From a virus (lineage: Duplodnaviria > Caudoviricetes), in IMG/VR virus record IMGVR_UViG_3300016652_000023, positions 1 to 60,847 of that record: 60,847 nt of DNA. One strand, written 5' to 3'. Both the position numbers and the translations under genes were made by a program. Position 1 is the first letter of the stretch. Each line of letters begins with the position of its first letter. Shown one piece after another: positions 19,925-28,794 of this stretch. The notes under the pieces were generated by a model, which saw nothing but the letters and a program-made list of their open reading frames with translations, did no database searches and was not told where the DNA came from.

Positions 19925-20231
19925 TTCTTATGATACTGACGAAGAGAAAAAACGACTATCAGCGCAGTTAACCAATTTGAATATTGACAAAGGCGGTGTG
20001 GGCGCAGCTGGCCGTGTGAGTTACAAAATGCCTTTAGATAAGCAGTCAGAGCTACAGGCTTACGCTGATATTGAAGCGCAGAAGCGCAAAGGCGAGAAAA
20101 TGTCTTTTGGCGCGCCTATGGTTGGATTGGAATACACCCGTAGGTTCAAAGGAGGCGGGAAGGTAAAGTCCGCCTCGGCACGAGCTGATGGTATAGCCAA
20201 ACGAGGAAAGACGAAGGGCCGGATGGTATGA
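19908..20231 (+). CDS. Small protein with shared C-terminal motif
   Basis: Ends FKGGGKVKSASARADGIAKRGKTKGRMV. Confidence 0.7.
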   Translation: MGIVTDSYDTDEEKKRLSAQLTNLNIDKGGVGAAGRVSYKMPLDKQSELQAYADIEAQKRKGEKMSFGAPMVGLEYTRRFKGGGKVKSASARADGIAKRGKTKGRMV

Positions 20232-20473
20232 AAGCCCCGCAGCAGTCTCTTAAGGCTTGGGGTGACCAGCGTTGGAGGACGAAAAGTGGCAAGAAATCAT
20301 CTGATACTGGGGAACGTTATCTCCCAGAGGCGGCGATTAAATCTCTTTCATCAGCAGAATACGCAGCAACCACCCGAGCCAAAAGAGAAGGAAAGTCAAA
20401 AGGGCTTCAGTTTGTTTCTCAGCCCAAGGGTATTGCCAAAAAGGTGGCCCCATTTCGGAAGGTAGGAAAGTGA
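20228..20473 (+). CDS. Small basic protein (resembles C-terminal half of DUF5872-like proteins, from memory)
   Basis: 'QQSLKAWGDQRWRTKSGK.S..TGERYLP..AIKSLS..EYAATTRAKR'. Confidence 0.7.
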   Translation: MKAPQQSLKAWGDQRWRTKSGKKSSDTGERYLPEAAIKSLSSAEYAATTRAKREGKSKGLQFVSQPKGIAKKVAPFRKVGK

Positions 20474-20628
20474 AGGATTACACCAAGTTTGAGGTGCAAA
20501 AAGAAATACTTATGGAGTATTTACAAGTTATGGTTGCGCTTCAGGACTGGCATGGCGTTGCCGATGTCGCAATGGATCTCCGAGAATTAGAGGCTAAACA
20601 TGAGCACAACCGGCGTAACAACATTTAA
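20470..20628 (+). CDS. 52-aa hypothetical protein (not in ORF track)
   Basis: GTGA-coupled start; MKDYTKFEVQKEILMEYLQVMVALQDWHGVADVAMDLRELEAK...; fills the gap between genes. Confidence 0.6.
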   Translation: MKDYTKFEVQKEILMEYLQVMVALQDWHGVADVAMDLRELEAKHEHNRRNNI

Positions 20629-21571
20629 TCCTAATCTTAATGAGTTAGTTGAAGAGGCTTTTGAACGCTGCGGGCGAGAACTGCGGTCGGGCTATGATTT
20701 GCGTACAGCGCGGCGCAGCCTGAATCTACTTGTTACAGAGTGGGCGAACCAGGGCATCAACCTTTGGACTATAGAGCAGGGGGCAATCCCGCTTTATACA
20801 AATCAAATTACTTATCCACTGCCCATCAATACGGTTGATCTTGTAGAGACAATTATTCGCACGGGCGTAGACCAGAATCAGACCGACATCAACATCAGTA
20901 GGATTTCCGTAAGCACTTACTCTACGATTCCAAACAAGCTGGCCACAGGCAGGCCGATCCAGATATACATTGACCGGCAGGGCGGTCAGACATACACGTT
21001 TACAGGAACCTTGGCGGCGAGCATTAATGCGACAGTCACAACGATTCCAATTACAAGCCTTACTCAAGTTCCTTACGCTGGGTTTGCAACCATCGGAACA
21101 GAAACTGTGTACTACTATGGAACGTCTACACAAGCTGAAAATGTAGCAACTGGGGCGTCGGCATACGCAACGCTTGACAATGTAGTTCGTGGGCAAAATA
21201 ACACGACGGCTGCGTCGCATACATCGGGCGATTCAATTACGAACACGAAGTTTCCCAATGTGACGGTATGGCCAGCTCCTGACCAAGGTTCAATCAGCAA
21301 CCCTTACTACACGTTGGTGTACTGGCGGCTGCGCCGGATGCAGGATGCTGGCAACGGTGTCAACGTAGAAGATATTCCATTCAGATTCCAAGAAGCATTA
21401 GTTGCTGGCTTGGCATACAAGTTGTCAATGAAAGTAGAAGGCGGATTAGAGCGGATGCCTGTATTAAAGGCTCAATACGATCAAGCCTGGGAGTTGGCAT
21501 CTACAGAAGACAGAGAGAAAGCACCGATACGATTTGTGCCACGGCAGTCATTCCTCGGTGTGAACTTTTAA
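20600..21571 (+). CDS. Putative head-tail adaptor / tail tubular protein
   Basis: 'ELVEEAFERCG...ARRSLNLL..EWAN.G.NLWT' and 'IPFRFQEALVAGLAYKL' resemble podovirus adaptor proteins. Confidence 0.6.
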   Translation: MSTTGVTTFNPNLNELVEEAFERCGRELRSGYDLRTARRSLNLLVTEWANQGINLWTIEQGAIPLYTNQITYPLPINTVDLVETIIRTGVDQNQTDINISRISVSTYSTIPNKLATGRPIQIYIDRQGGQTYTFTGTLAASINATVTTIPITSLTQVPYAGFATIGTETVYYYGTSTQAENVATGASAYATLDNVVRGQNNTTAASHTSGDSITNTKFPNVTVWPAPDQGSISNPYYTLVYWRLRRMQDAGNGVNVEDIPFRFQEALVAGLAYKLSMKVEGGLERMPVLKAQYDQAWELASTEDREKAPIRFVPRQSFLGVNF

Positions 21572-21997
21572 ATGCCTAATCAGTTTGCATCCGGCAAGTG
21601 GGCTATCGCGCAGTGCGATAGGTGCAACTTTCGGTATAAGTTAAAACAGCTCAAACCGCTGACAATTAAGACAAAAAATGTCAATATACTGGTGTGTCCT
21701 ACTTGTTGGGAACCTGATCAACCGCAGTTGCAATTGGGGATGTATCCGGTTAATGACCCGCAAGCCGTACGGAATCCACGTCCCGATTCCAACTCATATT
21801 ATCAGTCAGGATACAACGGGATGCAGACTACCAATGAGATCGGATCTAGCCCGTTATACACGGGGGTGCCTTCTGAAGGAAGCCGTATTATTGAATGGGG
21901 GTTTAACCCTGTTGGTGGTTCACGATCTTACGATTATGATTTGACCCCTAATCATTTAGTGGGGCAAGCTCTTTTAAACAGTGTCACAGCCACATAG
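21572..21997 (+). CDS. Zinc-ribbon hypothetical protein
   Basis: CDRC...CPTC cysteine pairs; 'DPQAVRNPRP'. Confidence 0.7.
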   Translation: MPNQFASGKWAIAQCDRCNFRYKLKQLKPLTIKTKNVNILVCPTCWEPDQPQLQLGMYPVNDPQAVRNPRPDSNSYYQSGYNGMQTTNEIGSSPLYTGVPSEGSRIIEWGFNPVGGSRSYDYDLTPNHLVGQALLNSVTAT

Positions 21998-22005
21998 GAG
22001 TTGAC

Positions 22006-22164
22006 ATGAAAGCAATGGAAGCACTTAAAAAACACATGGCAAAAGGCAAAGGGGCGCATCCTGATCCTGATGTTAAGAAGATGAGGAAAGGCGGACCTAC
22101 CTCTGAAATGATGCGCCGGGAAGGGCGTAACCTTGCTCGGGTTGCAAACCAAAGGGGTAAATAA
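22006..22164 (+). CDS. 52-aa basic protein (not in ORF track)
   Basis: AGGAG RBS; MKAMEALKKHMAKGKGAHPDPDVKKMRKGGPTSEMMRREGRNLARVANQRGK; TAATG coupling to the next gene. Confidence 0.7.
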   Translation: MKAMEALKKHMAKGKGAHPDPDVKKMRKGGPTSEMMRREGRNLARVANQRGK

Positions 22165-22424
22165 TGGCTAAATATTCCATGAAGATGGGTGGCAAAGAAG
22201 TCGGTCCCGCATCAACTTATGCAGAGCCACATACCATGACGGGAGCCAAAGTGGTGGCCTCTCCCAATCCGGGCAAAGAAATGCCGTACAACATGCCCAA
22301 GGATTGGCAACCGACGCATGGTGTAGCCATGAATCCTAATAGTCAGATAAAAACTACTGGTATTAAGATGCGTGGCGCTGGAGCCGCAACCAAGGGTGTA
22401 ATGTGCCGGGGGCCAATGGCGTGA
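22164..22424 (+). CDS. Small hypothetical protein
   Basis: Coupled ORF; ends MRGAGAATKGVMCRGPMA. Confidence 0.7.
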   Translation: MAKYSMKMGGKEVGPASTYAEPHTMTGAKVVASPNPGKEMPYNMPKDWQPTHGVAMNPNSQIKTTGIKMRGAGAATKGVMCRGPMA

Positions 22425-23128
22425 ATTACACGGAGTTAAAAAAAGCAATTCGTGGTTACGTTGAAAACGATTTCCCCACGATTAGTCTGACGGATTCCAG
22501 CACTGTTTGGAGTTCTGATGATCAGCTTGCTACCTTTGTTAAGCAAGCAGAGCAACGCATTTTTAATTCCGTTCAGTTCCCATCATTGCGTAAAAACATG
22601 ACAGGGTTAACGGTGCCAAATTTTCAGTACCTGTCCTGCCCGGATGATTTTCTAGCTCCTTACAGTTTTGCTGTCATTGACACAGATGGTTCGTATCACT
22701 ATCTACTTAACAAAGATGTAAATTTCATACGAGAATCTTTTCCTATTCCTACAGGTGCGGGTAATACAGGAAGACCATATTGCTATGCAATATTTGGCCC
22801 TAAAACCTCTGGCTCAACAATTACTAACGAACTTAGCTTTATGCTTGGGCCGACGCCAGACTACGATTATCAGGTTGAGCTACATTTTTATTATTACCCA
22901 GAGTCTATTGTTACGGCAGGTACGACATGGCTTGGGGATAATTTTGATTCTGTATTGCTCTACGGTGCTTTAAGAGAAGGCTATTTCTTTATTAAAGCGG
23001 AGCAAGATATGATGGCTAAGGTAGAGGAAAAGTATAAAGAAGCGCTTTCTCTAGCAAAACGCTTAGGGGATGGGTTAGAGCGTCAAGATGCTTATCGGTC
23101 CGGCCAAGTCCGTGACAAGGTTGTGTGA
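22421..23128 (+). CDS. Putative adaptor / neck protein
   Basis: 'MNYTEL..AI..Y.EN', 'FVKQAEQRI', 'GPTPD..Y.VELHFYYYP', 'LLYGAL.E'. Confidence 0.6.
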   Translation: MNYTELKKAIRGYVENDFPTISLTDSSTVWSSDDQLATFVKQAEQRIFNSVQFPSLRKNMTGLTVPNFQYLSCPDDFLAPYSFAVIDTDGSYHYLLNKDVNFIRESFPIPTGAGNTGRPYCYAIFGPKTSGSTITNELSFMLGPTPDYDYQVELHFYYYPESIVTAGTTWLGDNFDSVLLYGALREGYFFIKAEQDMMAKVEEKYKEALSLAKRLGDGLERQDAYRSGQVRDKVV

Positions 23129-23556
23129 TGGCAATTAATCAAACAATTTGCACAAGTTTTAAGGCAGAAGTAGCCCAAGGACTGCACAACTTTACAAGGA
23201 GTACGGGGGATGTTTTTTACCTTGCGCTCTACACCGCTAACGCTACCCTCGGAGCGGATACCACGGTTTATATTGCGACAGGGGAAGCGAGTGGAACCAA
23301 TTACACCGCTGGCGGGATTGCACTTACAAACATCACGCCTCTTGCAGCCAACGGCACAGGTTATTGGTCATTTGACGACGCAACCTTTTCAAACGTTACT
23401 CTTACATGCGCTGGGGCATTGATTTACAATTCAACTAATGGTAATCGTGCAGTATGTGTGCTTAACTTTGGACAGACAATTACAAAGACAGCTTCTAATC
23501 TTGTGGTTACTTTTCCGCCTATGGGCGCAACAGACTCAGTATTAAGGATCAGTTAA
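23125..23556 (+). CDS. Putative tail structural protein (paralog 1)
   Basis: 'Q.ICTSFK.E...G.HNF', 'ALYT..ATL.A.TT.Y...GEASGTNYTAGG', 'ALIYNST'. Confidence 0.7.
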   Translation: MMAINQTICTSFKAEVAQGLHNFTRSTGDVFYLALYTANATLGADTTVYIATGEASGTNYTAGGIALTNITPLAANGTGYWSFDDATFSNVTLTCAGALIYNSTNGNRAVCVLNFGQTITKTASNLVVTFPPMGATDSVLRIS

Positions 23557-23744
23557 TGATCACTACGACAAAAGGTTTGATGGACGAATCCCTTCTTGAA
23601 AAGAAGGAGGGGGTCGTTGATAATGAAAACGAATACACAACTTGGGTTGAGTATTGGTTTGAAAGTGAACTTGTACATCGCTCGGTTCATGTTCGTTTGA
23701 AAAAAGCGCCGCCATTGTTTGCGGAAGCGGCATCCATTGCTTAA
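23556..23744 (+). CDS. Hypothetical protein
   Basis: Coupled ORF; 'ITTTKGLMDESLLEK..G..DNENE.T.WVEYW...ELVHRSVHV.LK'. Confidence 0.7.
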   Translation: MITTTKGLMDESLLEKKEGVVDNENEYTTWVEYWFESELVHRSVHVRLKKAPPLFAEAASIA

Positions 23745-23756
23745 AGGAGTTTTATT

Positions 23757-24245
23757 ATGGCTAATACGCAAAGTATGACAACGTCCTTCATGGGCGAACT
23801 TTTGACGGCAACCCATAACTTTGGGACAGCCCCAACGCGTGGAGCGTCAACCGCAGATACGTTTAAAGCGGCGCTGTATCTTGCTTCGGCAACAATCAAT
23901 GCTTCAACTACGGCGTATACCGCCACAGGTGAGGTTTCAGGTACAAATTACACGGCAGGTGGTGCGACGATTTCTGCATGGAATGCTCCAACTGCAACAA
24001 ACGCATCAACCACCGCAGGCACGGCGTTTACCACACCGACGGCGTCTATTACCTACGGTACAAGTGGAAGTCCTGTGACGTTGAGCACGGCTTTTGATTG
24101 TGTGTTGATCTATAACAGCACGCAGTCAAATAAATCGGTCAGCGCCCACACTTTTGGATCACAGACGGTTACGGCAGGGGTGTTTACCTTGACAATGCCT
24201 TCAAACACAACGACCACTGCATTGATTCGTTTAGCAACAACCTGA
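23757..24245 (+). CDS. Putative tail structural protein (paralog 2)
   Basis: Same motifs as 23125-23556; AAGGAG RBS. Confidence 0.75.
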   Translation: MANTQSMTTSFMGELLTATHNFGTAPTRGASTADTFKAALYLASATINASTTAYTATGEVSGTNYTAGGATISAWNAPTATNASTTAGTAFTTPTASITYGTSGSPVTLSTAFDCVLIYNSTQSNKSVSAHTFGSQTVTAGVFTLTMPSNTTTTALIRLATT

Positions 24246-24255
24246 TTGGTTTATT

Positions 24256-25116
24256 GTGTTTGGCTTTGATGCCTTTTCAGAAGCGCCGTTTTCAGCGCTT
24301 CCCGATGATGCTGCCGGTGCTGTAGCCCTTACAGGGGTTCAGACTACTGGTTCGGTAGGAACTGTTACGGCTGTTGTTGGGCCTAATGCACAACTCAGTG
24401 GTGTTCAGGGATCAGGCAGTACAGGGTCTGTTACTTCGGTTATAGAATATTTAGTTGCGCTAACCGGAGCACAAGCATCAGGTACAGTAGGCACAATCGC
24501 AGCGGTTGTTGGCCCAAGCGCAGCGCTAACAAATGTTTTGGCTTCGGGTGGCGTTGGCACTTTAACAGCAGTTAAAGAATCATTTATATCTTTAACAGGA
24601 AATCAAGCTGTTGGTGCCATAGGATCTGTGGTCGCAGTAACTGGTCCTAACGCAGCATTAAGTGGAACTCAAGCAGTTGGCGCGGCAGGTACTGTAGGCA
24701 CCTTTGTTGAAGCTTTTGTTGCTTTAACTGGCACACAAGCGCTTGGTAATATTGGAACAATTACTACATCTGCTGGCCCAACAGCATCTCTTACAGGGGT
24801 TAATGGGTCTGGTGCTGTTGGAACAGTTGTGCCGATTATTGGGCCAACCGTAAGCCTTACAGGGGTTCAAAGTTCTAATGCTGCTGGCACACTTGGGGTT
24901 CAAGTAAATCTTTATACGTTAACAGGTGCATCTGCGGTAGGTAGTGTTGGGGTTATAAATGGAGGTCAGCTTTTATCTGGCGCCCAAAGCCAAGGTAATG
25001 TTGGCACTATTACAATAGCAGAAATCAGCGTAGTATTGACAGGAGCATCAGCAAGTGGACAAGCGAGTAGTTTTGCCGGTCCTACATACTGGAGCTTAAT
25101 TAACACTGGCGGTTAA
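24256..25116 (+). CDS. Repeat-rich tail/fibre protein
   Basis: About a dozen tandem L(T/S)G.Q..G.VGT repeats; 'MFGF.AFSEAPFS' start. Confidence 0.7.
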   Translation: MFGFDAFSEAPFSALPDDAAGAVALTGVQTTGSVGTVTAVVGPNAQLSGVQGSGSTGSVTSVIEYLVALTGAQASGTVGTIAAVVGPSAALTNVLASGGVGTLTAVKESFISLTGNQAVGAIGSVVAVTGPNAALSGTQAVGAAGTVGTFVEAFVALTGTQALGNIGTITTSAGPTASLTGVNGSGAVGTVVPIIGPTVSLTGVQSSNAAGTLGVQVNLYTLTGASAVGSVGVINGGQLLSGAQSQGNVGTITIAEISVVLTGASASGQASSFAGPTYWSLINTGG

Positions 25117-25130
25117 GGTAAAGGTGCGAC

Positions 25131-25616
25131 ATGGCGCTTATTCTTGCAGATCGTGTCAAAGAGACAACAACCACTACGGGTACTGGCACAGTAACGCTTG
25201 CCGGTGCGGTATCGGGGTTTCAATCATTTTCTGTTGTTGGTAATGGGAACACGACGTTTTATACCATCACTGACGGCACGGCAAATACCTGGGAAGTTGG
25301 CATAGGGACGTATACCTCATCTGGTACAACGCTCTCTAGAGACACGGTCCTTGCTTCAAGTAATTCAGGCAGTTTAGTTAATTTTGGCGCAGGTACTAAA
25401 AATGTATTTGTGACGTATCCTGCCGGACGTTCTGTTTACGCCGCAACAGTACCAACAAACGGCCAGCTTTTAATTGGTAATGGTACAAACTTTACACTGG
25501 CTACATTAACGGCTGGTGCAAATATAGCAATTACCAACAGTTCCGGAAGTGTGACGATTAGGTCGTCAAGCACTGGTTCAAATATTTTCTTGGACACACT
25601 TTTTTCAGGGATGTAA
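25131..25616 (+). CDS. Putative tail fibre proximal protein
   Basis: 'LADRVKETTTTTGTGT.TLAGA..GFQSF', 'WEVGIGTY', 'VFVTYPA'. Confidence 0.7.
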   Translation: MALILADRVKETTTTTGTGTVTLAGAVSGFQSFSVVGNGNTTFYTITDGTANTWEVGIGTYTSSGTTLSRDTVLASSNSGSLVNFGAGTKNVFVTYPAGRSVYAATVPTNGQLLIGNGTNFTLATLTAGANIAITNSSGSVTIRSSSTGSNIFLDTLFSGM

Positions 25617-25619
25617 ATT

Positions 25620-26102
25620 ATGGCCGTTACTTCAACTCCAATTTTTGTTCAAACGCCTAATGTAGGGGCGTTAAATGCTGTTCTTTCTACGGCAATGACT
25701 AACACCAAAGCTTTTGATGGTACGGAAGCTACGGGTACTGCAATGGTGCTTGTGTTTACAGCAGGTGCTGATGGTTCCCGAATTGACCAAATTATGTGTC
25801 GGTTAGCTTCTACTAACGGGGCAACGGCTTCTGGTACATCCGCTGCAACAGTAATTAGATTTTGGATCAACAATGGTTCTGCCAATACAACTGCAACCAA
25901 TAACATTTTCTTAGGTGAAGTGGCAATACCAGCAACGGCGGTAACTGCGCTTGGTACGTCCGCATTAACAACCTATCCTCTAACGCTTCCAACAGGTGGG
26001 TTAAATATTACTGGCACTTACCGAATCTATGCAGGTGCAACAGTTGCTGCTGGTGGTACAAATATTGGTATTGCTGTATCTGCTTTTGGCGGGAATTATT
26101 AA
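25620..26102 (+). CDS. Putative tail-associated protein
   Basis: T/A/G-rich ORF in the tail module. Confidence 0.65.
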   Translation: MAVTSTPIFVQTPNVGALNAVLSTAMTNTKAFDGTEATGTAMVLVFTAGADGSRIDQIMCRLASTNGATASGTSAATVIRFWINNGSANTTATNNIFLGEVAIPATAVTALGTSALTTYPLTLPTGGLNITGTYRIYAGATVAAGGTNIGIAVSAFGGNY

Positions 26103-26476
26103 TGAATCCGTTGCAATCTGGTGCTTTTAACCTTAATGTCGCAGGGTTTAGAGGCGTACCGACCAGCTCGCAATCGGCGGCGTATACATTATCCCCATTA
26201 GATGTAGGAAGGGTTATTTTTACGACGGCTAATATAACTATCCCATCAAGCGGTTTTTCCCCCGGTGATTCAATTGTTGTATATAACAATTCATCAACTC
26301 AAGTTAGTTTAGTAACAACGGGGGCTGGTTCGGTACAAACAGCGTATATTACAGGGCAAGATGTAAATCGTGGAGCCGGTGGTACAGCAGCTAATATTAA
26401 TTTGATTGCAAGAGGGTTAGCAACGATTATTTTTGTTGGCCCAAACAGTTGTATTGTTTCTGGTAATGTCACATGA
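26102..26476 (+). CDS. Putative tail-associated protein
   Basis: Coupled ORF; 'ITIPSSGFSPGDSIVVYNNS', ends 'VSGNVT'. Confidence 0.65.
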   Translation: MNPLQSGAFNLNVAGFRGVPTSSQSAAYTLSPLDVGRVIFTTANITIPSSGFSPGDSIVVYNNSSTQVSLVTTGAGSVQTAYITGQDVNRGAGGTAANINLIARGLATIIFVGPNSCIVSGNVT

Positions 26477-28461
26477 GTATTATTCAGGTTCTTGCAGGGA
26501 TTGGCCAACCTGTTGATCCTTACTACGAATACACCACGCTATTGCTTCCTGGTTCTGGAACCAACGGCGCACAGAACAATACGTTCTTAGACGGTTCTAC
26601 CAATAACTTCACCATCACCCGCAACGGCAACACGACACAGGGTACGTTCTCACCATTTAGTCAGACGGGGTGGGGTAATTACTTTGACGGTAGTGGGGAT
26701 TATTTAAGTGTTGCAAACAGCACTTTTTTACAACTAAGTAATGCAGATTGGACTATAGAGTGTTGGGTATATGTTACATCAACAACAGGAAATCAACGAA
26801 TAATATCTCAATCAGATTCTAATTATGAATTTGCGTTTTATATGGCAAGCGGGTCTTTAACAGCGTATTCGTTTCAAAGTGCTGGCACACAAAATTTTGC
26901 AATTTCAATGGGAACTCTTGTTGCGAATCAGTGGTATCACATCGCTGCTACACGTTCTGGCTCAACTATAAGAGCGTTTGTAAACGGGATTCAAACAGGT
27001 TCAGCAACTTTTTCAGGAACTATAGATACAAGAACAGGTGGGTGGAAAATTGGATCTTCTTATACCGGAACAGAAAATTTTAGTGGGTATATATCTAACG
27101 CCCGTATCGTTAAAGGCACTGCCGTTTACACAGCCAACTTTACCCCACCAACTTCCCCACTAACAGCAATATCAGGAACTTCCCTCCTCACCTGCCAATC
27201 CAACCGCTTCATAGACAACAGCACTAACAACTTCACCATTACCGTCAACGGCAACACCTCCGTAGTTGCCTTCTCCCCATTCAACCCCACTGCAAGCTGG
27301 AGTGCTGCGACTTATGGTGGGAGTGGGTATTTTGATGGTAGTGGGGATTATTTGAGTGTGCCAGATAACGCGGCACTTCGGTTTGGAACTGGAGATTTTT
27401 GTTTTGAGACATGGGTATATCTTACGGCATTACCGGCTTCTTTTGGTGACCTCATATGTAAAGGTACAAATAATGCCGGAACTTTTGAAATATCAGTTAT
27501 TTCTACTGGAAAATTAGGTTTCTACACAACAGTTTCTGTGTTTCAAAGTGTCGCCGCATTAACAGTAAATCAATGGTTTCATGTTGCGTTAACAAGATCG
27601 GGGACAACGCTTAGATTATTTATTAACGGCATCTTGGACACAACTGTCACATCTTTTACAACTGATTTTAACAACACAGGATCTCTTCTTGCTGGAGCTT
27701 TTGGAAGCGGGACAGGGAATAACCTTTCTGGATATTTATCAAGTTATAGATGCGTAAAAGGCGATGCCGTATACACCTCAGCATTCACCCCACCAACCGC
27801 ACCACTCACCGCCATCACCAACACCAGTCTACTACTCAACTTCACCAACGCTGGTATCTACGATGCTACGTCTAAGAATGACTTGGAGACGGTGGGAGAT
27901 GCACAGATAAGCAATGCAATAACGCCGAAGTGGGGAAGCACGAGTATTAAGTTTGATGGGACGGGGGATTATTTACAATTACCAGCAAGCATAAATCTTG
28001 CTTTTGGAACTGGCGATTTTACGGTTGAATGTTGGGTTAACAACACAAACCGAAGTGCTGCTACAAACTACCCAATATGGGACACAAGAAACCCTAGCAA
28101 TGCCGCTACAACAACAGGGGCTTATTTTGCTTTAACTCAAACTAATGGATACCCGTTTGTCTATTCCAATGCCTTTATTGTTACCGGATCGTCTGGCCCA
28201 TCTTTGAATACTTGGACGCATATTGCTTATGTAAGAGCGAGTGGGACATTAACGGTTTACGTTAATGGTACTTCTGTTGGAAGTGCGTCTTTTACTAATA
28301 ACTTAACAGATCCTGGCGTATACATTTCAAGAGTAGGTCAAACATCTTCCGGTGGTACGGAAAATTATACTGGCTACATCCAAGACCTACGCATCACCAA
28401 AGGCTACGCTCGCTACACAGCTAACTTCACCGCACCAACAGCAGCGTTTCCAACCCTATAG
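26473..28461 (+). CDS. Tail fibre/receptor-binding protein with three LamG/ConA-like lectin domains
   Basis: Three FDG(S/T)GDYL...(D)(F/W)T.E.WV...W.H(I/V)A..R.G....F(V/I)NG...GY(I/L)...R..KG.A.YT..FT.PT units. Confidence 0.85.
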   Translation: MSIIQVLAGIGQPVDPYYEYTTLLLPGSGTNGAQNNTFLDGSTNNFTITRNGNTTQGTFSPFSQTGWGNYFDGSGDYLSVANSTFLQLSNADWTIECWVYVTSTTGNQRIISQSDSNYEFAFYMASGSLTAYSFQSAGTQNFAISMGTLVANQWYHIAATRSGSTIRAFVNGIQTGSATFSGTIDTRTGGWKIGSSYTGTENFSGYISNARIVKGTAVYTANFTPPTSPLTAISGTSLLTCQSNRFIDNSTNNFTITVNGNTSVVAFSPFNPTASWSAATYGGSGYFDGSGDYLSVPDNAALRFGTGDFCFETWVYLTALPASFGDLICKGTNNAGTFEISVISTGKLGFYTTVSVFQSVAALTVNQWFHVALTRSGTTLRLFINGILDTTVTSFTTDFNNTGSLLAGAFGSGTGNNLSGYLSSYRCVKGDAVYTSAFTPPTAPLTAITNTSLLLNFTNAGIYDATSKNDLETVGDAQISNAITPKWGSTSIKFDGTGDYLQLPASINLAFGTGDFTVECWVNNTNRSAATNYPIWDTRNPSNAATTTGAYFALTQTNGYPFVYSNAFIVTGSSGPSLNTWTHIAYVRASGTLTVYVNGTSVGSASFTNNLTDPGVYISRVGQTSSGGTENYTGYIQDLRITKGYARYTANFTAPTAAFPTL

Positions 28462-28470
28462 GACTAGACC

Positions 28471-28785
28471 ATGCAATACTGGACAAAGAACGGGTCTATC
28501 CCAAGCACTGAAACTGATGGCACTGAAGGCTGGCAACCGGCTCCAGAGCCTCCGACAGACATTCCTGAAAGCAAAGAACTTGTATGGTTAAACTGGGAAT
28601 GGATCATCAGAGACCCTAAGCCACAAGACAGAGCAGGTTATCAGTGGAACTGGAACCATGCAGACAGGACTTGGGTAGAGAGTGCTTGGCAGACTGCATT
28701 GGTAGAACCCCCACCCATTGACCCAACTTCCATGACCTTTACTTCCTCACAAAGTGCCAATCTCACAACAGCACAAATAAACTAA
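28471..28785 (+). CDS. W/P-rich hypothetical protein, possibly fibre assembly
   Basis: Follows the LamG gene; Trp-rich. Confidence 0.6.
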   Translation: MQYWTKNGSIPSTETDGTEGWQPAPEPPTDIPESKELVWLNWEWIIRDPKPQDRAGYQWNWNHADRTWVESAWQTALVEPPPIDPTSMTFTSSQSANLTTAQIN

Positions 28786-28794
28786 AGGTGCATT

